A stretch of 64,000 nucleotides of DNA from Selaginella moellendorffii (lineage: Eukaryota > Plantae > Lycopodiophyta): positions 400,293 to 464,292 of the forward strand of contig NW_003314381.1 in the NCBI RefSeq assembly GCF_000143415.4. Reading direction: 5' to 3'. The position numbers and the translations under genes were made by a program. Positions 51,711 through 64,000 of this stretch are shown one piece after another. Each line of letters opens with the position of its first letter. Within the stretch, counting starts at the first letter, position 1. A model generated the notes under the pieces. That model was given only the letters and a program-made list of their open reading frames with translations. It was not told the DNA's origin and did not search any database.

Positions 51711-53213
51711 CACTGTAAACTCCTGAGTAGTAGAGGACCTTGCGTGAATACCATCTGCACACCATGCTTTGGCTAGGGCCCTGAAGAGAGAATATACCTA
51801 TGCAATTCTTTCTATATAGATATATATATATATATCCTTTAGCTCCAACTTAGAAAATATATATTTTTAAAAAAAAATTATATCAAATCAAACTTTTATT
51901 TCAACAAAATTTCCTTTTTTTCTTACCCTAAGCATCTTGAACTTTCTTCTGGGCACAAGTGATATTAAAATAAGTAATTTTTATTTATTCAGATTATTTT
52001 TATATCTTGTTTTTAATTGCACACAAAATTATTATGCATACAATCATGTTTCAATTGCACAACACATCTCACATGAATAGACATTTTATGTAACATATGC
52101 AACTATATCATCTTATTTTTTTACTAATTTATGATCCATATTATTACCAAAGTGCAATTACACTTTTTTTATTGTACACAAAAGGTATCACTTTTGAAAG
52201 TAACACCTGGATATCTATTATTACATGATCCACTATTCCCAAAATTTATAATGTAATGACATTAAATCCAAAAGAAAGAGATGCAAAAACAACATAAATA
52301 AGCAGATAGTTGATTTCCTAGAATGCACTAGTCTTTTAGTGCTCTAGCTTTTGTTATGGAGCAATTAATCATATTCTACTCTTCTTTCCCTTAAAATCCA
52401 CACAAAAATTTTAAGGCTTCATATGTTAAAAAATAAGCTTTAATAATGTGCTAGAAAAATCAATATAGAGGAAGAAAGCAATGGGTTTTAATCTGCTACA
52501 TGAACATAATACATACTTGTTATTTTTTCCACAATGTCCCAATCAATTATCCATCAATATACCCTTGAGATAATGATTTAAACTGAAAACATGTGTGTGA
52601 AGCACAAAATTGCCATTGATTGGAGGAAGGACTTGTGACAATTGTCCCATGGGATGCCTGAGCCAAGCTTTTATATCATGGTCAATTTTCAGTGATCTGG
52701 TGGACTTTTTGGTAGGGCGTGAAGGGCTAAATTATCCATGGGAAACTGTGCTCCTCATAGGATCTTCTAGAGGGAGTGTTGAGATAAATAGTCTCTGGGC
52801 ATTTGCTATAAATCTACCTAACATTTCTTTTATATATAAGGGAGGTTCTTTTCATTTTGTTTAATATAGCCATTGATCAAGGTTTAGCCCAAGCATTTTT
52901 TGTATATATAGAGTGGTGTTTTTTTTTCATCCTGTTCAATATAGCCATTTATCAAGGTTCCTATTATTTTAGCTTTTATTTTAATATCTTTTCATTAATT
53001 TTTTAAAAAGCAAGGATATATACCCAAGAAAAGAAACTATAGTGAATGAAGTAATATTCTTTAGTAGAGTTGCCAAATATTAAGTGTTGGAGCAACATAT
53101 TTAACTTTCTCTCAATTGTTATTTATCCTCCAAGGGAAAAGGGGCAATATAAAAATATTTTCTCATACCATTAAAATATTTTTATAGTAAAATATTTAAG
53201 GGAATCTCACTTC

Positions 53214-54190
<977 letters not shown>

Positions 54191-55308
54191 AGGATTCCAC
54201 TGGCTCTACAAAACATACAAGATAAAAAAAAACAGAAAACATGACTTCCGTTGCCCTAAAGTGCCCTAAAGGAAACGGTCATGTCAACTAAAAAGGTTTG
54301 GATAAAGTTGAATTTGATGGCATCACGCTGAATGCTTGAATCAAATGGATTGATAACCAAGAATTCTTTCAAACATTACTTAGGGGGGAGAATTTGCAGC
54401 CACTGAGGTGTCACTTACAATCGACATTGCGTAATTAGAGGAGTGCTGTGCCACAACTCTGACAGTTGTATATATGTGGCAGAAGTACATTTTTTTCTCT
54501 TCCTTTCTTTTGTTTTGGTTTGCAGTCCAAACCAGTAGATGACTTGATACAAACTCCATGTGGCGGAATTCCCGAGACCTTAGCCCTTGACTGCATTAAA
54601 CGTTTCCTGATGACAAAAATAGCAAAGTGATGAGATTATTTTATTTGTTTAGCCTCTTTTCTAATTTCTCAGAGCGCTCAAATGATGCACCTAAACGAAA
54701 GTTGACAAGTTGGAAAACACTTAAGCGAGAGTGTCCCTAGAGAGTGTGCCGCAGCTCTCTACCTCAAGTTGGCCGTCGTGCTTGCTACTTCCAGAGGAGG
54801 AGGAGCTGGAGCAAGCTCGTCCAGCTCACAATCGCCGCCTCCGTGGTAAATCATCGGCAATCTCCCACGAAGGCACGCGGACTATCCACGCTCTTGGCTG
54901 AATGTGCATGTTCCTCCAGAGTCCAGCCGCGAGGAACACATTGCGGGGCAATGCAATCTTGATGATCGTGGAGGTAGACTGCACAGCCTGCAAGTCGATG
55001 GTCACGGAGGGATCTTGATGATAAATGGCTTCAATATCTCGGATTTTGCGGTTCCAGATCAAGGACGTGATAAAGGCTGCTTCCTTTCCCTACAGTCCCT
55101 GCGATGACCGGCTCGTCTCACCCACTTCCGGCTCCTTCGATCTGGAGCGCCACTACTCCCACGAATCTGCTCATCCCGGGCCCAACTCGCCCACGAATCG
55201 ATTTCCACGTGGCATGTCCAGCTGTACTGAACCATTTGAATTTAGACGAAGTCAAGTACATTCCAAACACACTTGTCAGCTTTATACGTAACTAGTATTC
55301 TTGTCCCG

Positions 55309-57411
55309 CTACCCCTCATCCGATGGGAACACGAATTTAATTAACATCGAGGTTCTCAGTTTCGATCTGATGAGAACATCTGCTGTGTCACCCGACCATG
55401 AAAACTGGTAGACAGCACCAGGAACATTCAGGACTCCGAGCCTCTGTGTGTCCTCTGGTACCATGTTGAGGATAGTAGGCAGGGAAAACATCACTGATGT
55501 TTGAAGACGCTGGAATAAAAGAAAAAAATACAACATTGATACAAATACCAGATAACTGATGCCTACCTCGTTCACGAAAATTGTCAACTCTTTCCCAGCT
55601 AACTTACCAGCCGTGCACTTGATACTCAAAGCAGTTTCCTCCTTGAATTCAGTGTGTACTGTGGTCCGAACGGCTTCGATCGATACGCCAAACACAGTCA
55701 CGCCGTCTGCCATCTCCTTGCATTGTACGCTTCCCTTTCCTGTTGGATTGTAACGGGATGCAGGAAGAGACCAAACAAAATACCTATATAAGAACTTGCA
55801 CGTACCTCCTCGCATCAACACTGTTGGGAACTTCGCCTCCCCCGATTTTCTGCTCGTGTCCCCAAACTTGAGTCCTCCAGTATCAACTGTACCATCCATC
55901 CTCGAACGGACAATGTCAAAGACCTCCTCGATGGTCGAGCAGCTGATCGAGCCGTTAACGTGATCCTGCATCTTGAGAGCAATCGTCATCTGAAAAGGCA
56001 GGTACGTCCTCTTTTTCTTCCGCTCAGGCATCTCCTCTTTCTTGATCCACTCTGGACTTCTCGCTCGCTTCTTCGACTGCTGCTGCAGCGGCTGATCATC
56101 TGGAACGTCTTCCACCACACACAAGGGTTCTGAATCCAAAGACTTGCCACCCTCCATCTTCACTAAAACGGTGTACACTTGGTCTTCCTCCTTCACGCCT
56201 TGCAGGCCCGACGGGACGTCAGGATGCTCCCTTCTGAACGCCATCAGCGAAGAGCACAAGGCGTCGTAGTCGCTTTTGTTCATTGCTCTCTGCTTCAGTG
56301 CAGTCGAGATATGGAAAAGGACGAGTGGGGGGTACACCGAGTCTATCGGAGGGAATGTTGCTGGGCTGCTAGGCTGTAGATAGTGGAGGCCAGGTACTTG
56401 CAGGTTGAGACTGTTGCCTGAGAAGAACTTCACGTCACGCTTCTCCAAATGCAGGCCAATGGCAGCATCATCGACGCTACAGAAGTGACCACCCTGCGAG
56501 AGTCGGTGGTGAGCATAGCGTTCAAACAAGACCCAAGCTGCACTCCGCAGTGAAGGCAGTGCCCGAGTGCACTGCATCCAGTCCTTGATCTGTCCCTTGT
56601 AGCATGCAATGGCGAAACAATCTACGACCCACTCCGAAGTGAAGGAGATATGATCCACACAGGTAAAGTCCAGACTTGGCCAGGAAACGGAGGTCCCTGG
56701 CGAAAATAATCCACGGTCAATGTTGAGCTCTCCCACTTTCACAGCATGGTTCACAGCCATGCCTATCATGTTGTATACAAGTTCCAAAGGCATGAAGTAG
56801 TACCTCACGATTGGCCCGGCTATGTAGTAAGTCGCCCAGAAGTCGACGTGCGACTTATCTGCGTTCTCGGGCGCCGAGAAGTAAACCTGCTGCAACTCCT
56901 CGACAGACCAAGGAGGCATGTAGAGCGCAAAGAAGCCTATCTCATTGATGAGTTTGAGCGCGTCCACCCAATTGCTCTCCTCCGGTGATGCAAAGAGCAC
57001 AGTATGTCTAGCGAAGTTCCCAACAAACTCCTGATCCGTGAGAAGCCAAGCCCCCGGGATTTCGTAATCCTCTTCAGAGACGGGCGCGTAACTCCCATCC
57101 GGTTTGAAGATGTAAACCCTCTCTTTTATTTCGACGAGCTGAACTATCACGGCCGGTATCCCTTCTTCACTGAGGAGCCGTTTCAGGACGTACCACAGAA
57201 AGCACGACTTGCCGATTCCAGGGTTTCCTGATATGTGGATGTAGCTCTTGCCCAGGCTTGCGAGCTCTCTCATGTCGGCATAGAGATCCTCATAGCATTC
57301 CCGTATCCACACTTTCTGCCTCCTCCTGACGATGGGAGGGAGATCTATCCACCTACCATCAGGGTCTGTCGCTGCACGCCCATCATCCCCAACTGGCGCT
57401 ATCAATTCCAT
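55309..57411 (-). CDS. CR NTPase + REase-like protein, copy 3
   Basis: Continuous ~700-aa ORF. The intron (55566-55510, 57 nt) is in frame and stop-free in this copy. Confidence 0.8.
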   Translation of the reverse strand: MELIAPVGDDGRAATDPDGRWIDLPPIVRRRQKVWIRECYEDLYADMRELASLGKSYIHISGNPGIGKSCFLWYVLKRLLSEEGIPAVIVQLVEIKERVYIFKPDGSYAPVSEEDYEIPGAWLLTDQEFVGNFARHTVLFASPEESNWVDALKLINEIGFFALYMPPWSVEELQQVYFSAPENADKSHVDFWATYYIAGPIVRYYFMPLELVYNMIGMAVNHAVKVGELNIDRGLFSPGTSVSWPSLDFTCVDHISFTSEWVVDCFAIACYKGQIKDWMQCTRALPSLRSAAWVLFERYAHHRLSQGGHFCSVDDAAIGLHLEKRDVKFFSGNSLNLQVPGLHYLQPSSPATFPPIDSVYPPLVLFHISTALKQRAMNKSDYDALCSSLMAFRREHPDVPSGLQGVKEEDQVYTVLVKMEGGKSLDSEPLCVVEDVPDDQPLQQQSKKRARSPEWIKKEEMPERKKKRTYLPFQMTIALKMQDHVNGSISCSTIEEVFDIVRSRMDGTVDTGGLKFGDTSRKSGEAKFPTVLMRGGTCKFLYRYFVWSLPASRYNPTGKGSVQCKEMADGVTVFGVSIEAVRTTVHTEFKEETALSIKCTAGKLAGKELTIFVNEVGISYLVFVSMLYFFLLFQRLQTSVMFSLPTILNMVPEDTQRLGVLNVPGAVYQFSWSGDTADVLIRSKLRTSMLIKFVFPSDEG

Positions 57412-57634
57412 CCGCACCGCTCGGGCCCTAAACCTGATATACTCTAGCTCAACTTAGAAAATATATTTGTTTTAAAAATAATTATATCAAATCAAACTTT
57501 TGTAAACCTTGTTGAGAGATTCAGCGTGATGCCATCAAATTCAACTTTATCCAGACCTTTTTGGTTGGCATGACATGGTTCCTTTTCTTTTTTATCTTGT
57601 ATGTTTTGTAGAGCCAGATTTTGCTCTTTGGAAT

Positions 57635-58660
<1,026 letters not shown>

Positions 58661-60169
58661 CAGAGAGATTATAAAAATATTTTAATGGTATGAGAGATAT
58701 TTTTATATTGCCCCTTTTCCCTTGGAGGATAAATCACAAAGTTTAGTTAAGTATGTTGCCTCCTATTTGGCAACTCTACTAAAGAATATTACTTCATTCA
58801 CTATAGTTTCTTTTCTTGGGTACATATCCTTGCTTTTTGAAAAAATAATGAAAAGATGTTAAAATAAAAGCTAAAATAATAGGAACCTTGATAAATGACT
58901 ATATTGAATAGGATGAAAAAAAAACACCACTCTATATATACAAAAAATGCTTGGGCTAAACCTTGATTAATGGCTATATTGAACAAAATGAAGAAAAACC
59001 TCCCCTATATATAAAAGAAATGTTAGGTAGATTTATAACAAATGCCTAGAGACTATTTATCTCAACACTCCCTCTAGAAGATCTTATGAGCATAGTTTCC
59101 CATGGATAATTCAGCCCTTCATGCCCTGCCAAAAAATGCACCAAATCACTAAAAATTGACCATGATATAAAAGCTTGGCTCAGGCATCCCAAGGGACAAC
59201 TGTCACAAGTTCTTCCTCCAATCAATGGCAATTCTGTGCCTCACACACATGTTTTCATTTTAAGTTATTATCTTAAACGAGTTATTATCCTTATATAGTG
59301 TAAGGGTATATTGATGGATAGTTGAGATAGGGATATTGTGGAAAAAATAACATAATACAAGTATATATTATGTTCATGCTTTCTTCCTCTATATTGATTT
59401 TTCTAGCACATTATTAAAGCTTATTATTTAACATATGAAGCCCTGAAATTTTTGTGTGGATTTTAAGGGAAAGAAGAGTGGGATATGATTGATTGCTTTA
59501 TAACAAAAGCTGGAACACCAAAAGATTGGTGCATTCTAAAAAATCAACTACCTATTTATTTATATTATTCTTGCATCTCTTTTTTTTGGGTTTAATGTCA
59601 TTACATTATAAATTTTGGGAACAGTGGATCATGTAATAGTAGATATCCAGGTGATAGTGATACCTTTTGTGTACAATAAAAAAAGTGTAATTGCACTTTG
59701 GTAATAATATGGATCATAAATTAGTAAAAAAAAAAAAGATGATATAGTTGCACATGTTACATAAAGTGTCTATTCATGTGAGATGTGCTGTGCAATTAAA
59801 ACATGATTGTATGCATAATAATTTTGTGTGTAATTAAAAACAAGAAATAAGAATAATCTGAATAAATAAAAACTATTTATTTTAATATCACTCGTGCCTA
59901 AAAGAAAGTCCAAGATGCTTAGGGTAAGAAAAAAAAGGAAATTTTGTTGAAATAAAAGTTTTATTTGATATAAATGTTTTTGAAAAAAAATATATTTTCT
60001 AAGTTGGAGCTGAAGTATATATATATATATCTATATAGAGAGAATCACATAAGTATATTCTCTCTTTAGGGCCCTAGTCAAAGCATGGTGTATGGATGGT
60101 ATTTACGCAAGGTCTGCTACTACTCGTGTGGTTCCTTGTTTCCTGGATGCATTTTGGTGTCTAGACCTT

Positions 60170-60790
60170 CCACTACAACAACATAAACAAGACATTGTTG
60201 ACACCTAGGAAATATAAATCGCCAATCCAAAAAATGCTAACAACACCGATAAGTATGACTAACTTTATCAGACTCCCAACAATGGACATCACGACCATAA
60301 CCACATCCTCGCCTTTGTCTTTGAATTTAGGCAACAGTAACATCAACCTCCATTGGAACAGAACCATTTTTCATAGGAAATGGACTCTTGCTTCGTGTAG
60401 AGCTAAATATGTCAAAGTGGATCAAACTATAAATGTTGTGGCTAACATTTTGTCAAGATTTTGTAGGATTTATGCATGCACTTGCTCTAGCCATCCTTGA
60501 CAATGCCCTTTGCTTGACATAACGTTATGAGACATTGCCTCTTCCACTTCTCATTACAAATCCTTTAGCTCCACTTCCTCGAACGCCAAATTGCATCACC
60601 GACTCATATGGCTCTTGACGAATATGATGTAATTTTTAGAAGGCATCATCACAATCGTTAGCATATCTAAATGCACGTTTAAATACGTCCAGGAAAATAT
60701 TCCAACCTTCACAAATAACTGTGCTTATACCATTGTACCACTGTAGCACCATCCCTTGGAGATATGTGGGAAACTTATGCAAACATTGAG
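60170..60790 (-). mobile_element. Degenerate gag fragment (third spacer)
   Basis: Homologous to 34230-34870. Confidence 0.6.
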
Positions 60791-60885
60791 CATCATCCCA
60801 AAAATGATATGTGCCAATTATCGTGAAGTGATCAAACTAATAATACACATCATTCCCAAAATTCCCACTGAATAACTTTGGTTGG

Positions 60886-60910
60886 TAGGGTTTAGGGTTT
60901 AGGGTTTAGA
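60886..60910 (+). repeat. Short interstitial telomere repeat
   Basis: TAGGG TTTAGGG TTTAGGG TTTAGA. Confidence 0.75.
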
Positions 60911-62339
60911 GCCAATGTCAAGGGCCATACGAGTCGGTGATGCAATTTTGCGTTCGAGGAAGTGGAGCTGAAGGATGTGTAGTGATAAGTGGAAGAGGCA
61001 ATGTCTCATAACGTTATGTAAAACGAAGGGCATTGTTAAGGATGGCTAGAGCAAATGCATGCACAAATCCTTGCAGCAGGAGGAGTTGTACCACATGCTG
61101 TGAATATTGCCATCAATTAAGTTTGATTGTTCAGTTGCAACTATATACCAGCAAATAATTGCACCAATTGCTGCTCCAATCAAAAGAGAAGGAAGTTGTT
61201 ACTCTATGAATGAAAAGAAATAAATAAAAGAAAAGAAGTTGAGAAAAGCTAAAAGAAAAGGGAAATCTAAACAATGGATCTACCCAACATTCTAATTAAA
61301 ATTGCCTTTCATCTCCATCAGTGCGAATGCATGGAATAAGGAAAGAGAATATAAAAAATCTGCATATCAATTAGCCAAGAAACCTTAGTTTATGTATTAA
61401 TCAAAATTAAAATTAACCCGACGGCTATTAAAATCCCATTACACTAATATTCATATATATAACATCATAGTTGTACACTTAGACCTCACAAGGAGTGCTG
61501 TGCCACAACTCTGACAATTGTATATATATGGCAATGGTACATTATTTTCTCTTCCTTTCTTTTGTTTTGGTTTGCAGTCTAAACTAGGAGATGACTTGAT
61601 ACAAACTCCATGTCCTGAGACCTTAGCCCTTGACTGCACTAAACGTCTCGTGATGACAAACATAGCAAAGTGATGAGATTATTTTATTTGTTTACAGCCT
61701 CTTTTCTAATTTCTCAGAGCGCTCAAATGATGCACCTAAACGAAAGTTGAGAAGTTGGAAAACACTTAAGCGAGAGTGTCTCTAGAGAGTGTGCCGCAGC
61801 TCTCTACCTCAAGTTGGCCATCGTGCTTGCTTCTTCCAGAGGAGGAGGAGCTGGAGCGAGCTCGTCCAGTTCTTCCAGCTCACAATCGCCACCTCTGTGG
61901 TAAATCATCGGCAATCTCCCACGAAGGCATGCGGACTATCCACGCTCTTGGCTGAATGTGCATGTTCCTCCAGAGTCCAGCACACAATCTTGATGATTGT
62001 GGAGGTAGACTGCACAGCCTGCAAGTCGATGGTCACGGAGGGATCTTAATGATAAATGGCTTCAATATCTCGGATTTTGCGGTTCCAGATCAAGGACGTG
62101 ATAAAGGCTGCTTCCTTTCCCTACAGTCCCTGCGATGACCGGCTCGTCTCACCCACTTTCGGCTCCTTCGATATGGAGCGCCACTACTCCCACGAATCTG
62201 CTCGTCCCGGGCCCAGCTTGCCCACAAATCGATTTCCACGTGGCATGTCCAGCTGTACTGAACCATTTGAATTTAGACGAAGTCAAGTACATTCCAAACA
62301 CACTTGTCAGCTTTATACATAACTAGTCTTCTTATCCCG

Positions 62340-64000
62340 CTACCCCTCATCCGATGGGAACACGAATTTAATTAACGTCGAGGTTCTCAGCTTCGATCTG
62401 ATGAGAACATCTGCTGTGTCACCCGACCANNNNNNNNNNNNNNNNNNNNNNNNNNNNNNNNNNNNNNNNNNNNNNNNNNNNNNNNNNNNNNNNNNNNNNN
62501 NNNNNNNNNNNNNNNNNNNNNNNNNNNNNGATAGTAGGCAGGGAAAACATCACTGATGTTTGAAGACGCTGGAATAAAAGAAAAAAATACAACATTGATA
62601 CAAATACCAGATAACTGATGCCTACCTCGTTCACGAAAATTGTCAACTCTTTCCCAGCTAACTTACCAGCCGTGCACTTGATACTCAAAGCAGTTTCCTC
62701 CTTCAATTCAGTGTGTACTGTGGTCCGAACGGCTTCGATCGATATGCCAAACACAGTCACGCCGTCTTCCATCTCCTTGCATTGTACACTTCCCTTTCCT
62801 GTTGGATTGTAACGGGATGCAGCAAGAGACCAAACAAAATACCCATATAAGAACTTGCACGTACCTCCTCGCATCAACACTGTTGGGAACTTCGCATCCC
62901 CCGATTTTTTGCTCATGTCCCCAAACTTGAGTCCTCCAGTATCAACTGTACCATCCATCCTCGAACGGACAATGTCAAAGATCTCCTCGATGGTCGAGCA
63001 GCTGATCGAGCAGTTAACGTGATCCTGCATCTTGAGAGCAATCGTCATCTGGAAAGGCAGGTACGTCCTCTTTTTCTTCCGCTCAGGCGTCTCCTCTTTC
63101 TTGATCCACTCTGGACTTCTCGCTCGCTTCTTCGACTGCTGCTGCAGCGGCTGATCATCTGGAACGTCTTCCACCACACACAAGGGTTCTGAATCCAAAG
63201 ACTTGCCACCCTCCATCTTCACTAAAACGGCGTACACTTGGTCTTCCTCCTTCACACCTTGCAGGCCCGACGGGACGTCAGGATGCTCCCTTCTGAACGC
63301 CATCAGTGAAGAGCACAAGGCGTCATAGTTGCTTTTGTTCATTGCTCTCTGCTTCAGTGCAGTCGAGATATGGAAAAGGACGAGTGGGGGGTACACCGAG
63401 TCTATCGGAGGGAATGTTGCTGGGCTGCTAGGCTGTAGATAGTGGAGGCCAGGTACTTGCAGGTTGAGACTGTTGCCTGAGAAGAACTTCACGTCACGCT
63501 TCTCCAAATGCAGGCCAATGGCAGCATCATCGACGCTACAGAAGTGACCACCCTGCGAGAGTCGGTGGTGAGCATAGCGTTCAAACAAGACCCAAGCTGC
63601 ACTCCGCAGTGAAGGCAGTGCCCGAGTGCACTCCATCCAGTCCTCGATCTGTCCCTTGTAGCATGCAATGGCGAAACAATCTACGACCCACTCCGAAGTG
63701 AAGGAGATATGATCCACACAGGTAAAGTCCAGACTTGGCCAGGAAACAGAGGTCTCTGGCAAAAATAATGCACGGTAAATGTTGAGCTCTCCCACTTTCA
63801 CAGCATGGTTCACAGCCATGCCTATCATGTTGTATACAAGTTCCAAAGGCATGAAGTAGTACCTCACGATTGGCCCGGCTATGTAGTACGTCGCCCAGAA
63901 GTCGATGTGCGACTTATCTGCGTTCTCGGGCGCCGAGAAGTAAACCTGCTGCAACTCCTCGACAGACCAAGGAGGCATGTAAAGCGCAAAGAAGCCTATC
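62340..64000 (-). CDS. CR NTPase + REase-like protein, copy 4 (5' end beyond the window; N gap in last exon)
   Basis: Open frame from YMPPWSVEEL to the gap. The PSDEG* end is present at ~62340. Confidence 0.75.
62430..62529. other. Assembly gap (100 N)
   Basis: Run of N. Confidence 1.

Noticed and set aside
57424-57434. CCCTAAACC as a telomere seed upstream of CR copy 3
   Set aside because: Explained by small deletions in the shared 5' segment (gggccctaaa[gagagaatata]cc).

Overview
Eukaryotic land-plant genomic DNA. Very short (~50-60 nt) introns, compact genes and the TE types suggest a Selaginella-like lycophyte; this is an inference. The window has three zones. (1) 1-11 kb: the 3' part of a Fes1/HspBP1 gene, then a decayed Crinkler/RHS-type (CR) P-loop gene. 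That gene is split by an LTR-less Copia body containing a 5S-rRNA-bearing Cassandra TRIM and a gag insert, and an inverted partial copy of the CR gene lies nearby. (2) 17-29 kb: intact minus-strand genes for RAV (AP2+B3), an RbgA/MTG1-like GTPase, a group I WRKY and a prohibitin. (3) 29.4-64 kb: a tandem array of ~7-kb units. Each unit has an intact ~2-kb CR-type NTPase + PD-(D/E)XK-nuclease-like gene (4 copies) and a spacer (3 copies) carrying a decayed glutamate dehydrogenase gene, a gag fragment and a duplicate of the CR gene's own 5' end; two of the spacers also hold a telomere-repeat scar. The middle spacer is inverted and holds an old Gypsy element, inside which sits a young Tcn1/Tf1-type chromovirus with a self-priming PBS and a GGGAAAC frameshift site. 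The CR array is the best candidate for an undescribed system. All calls come from motif recognition by eye; no searches were run.
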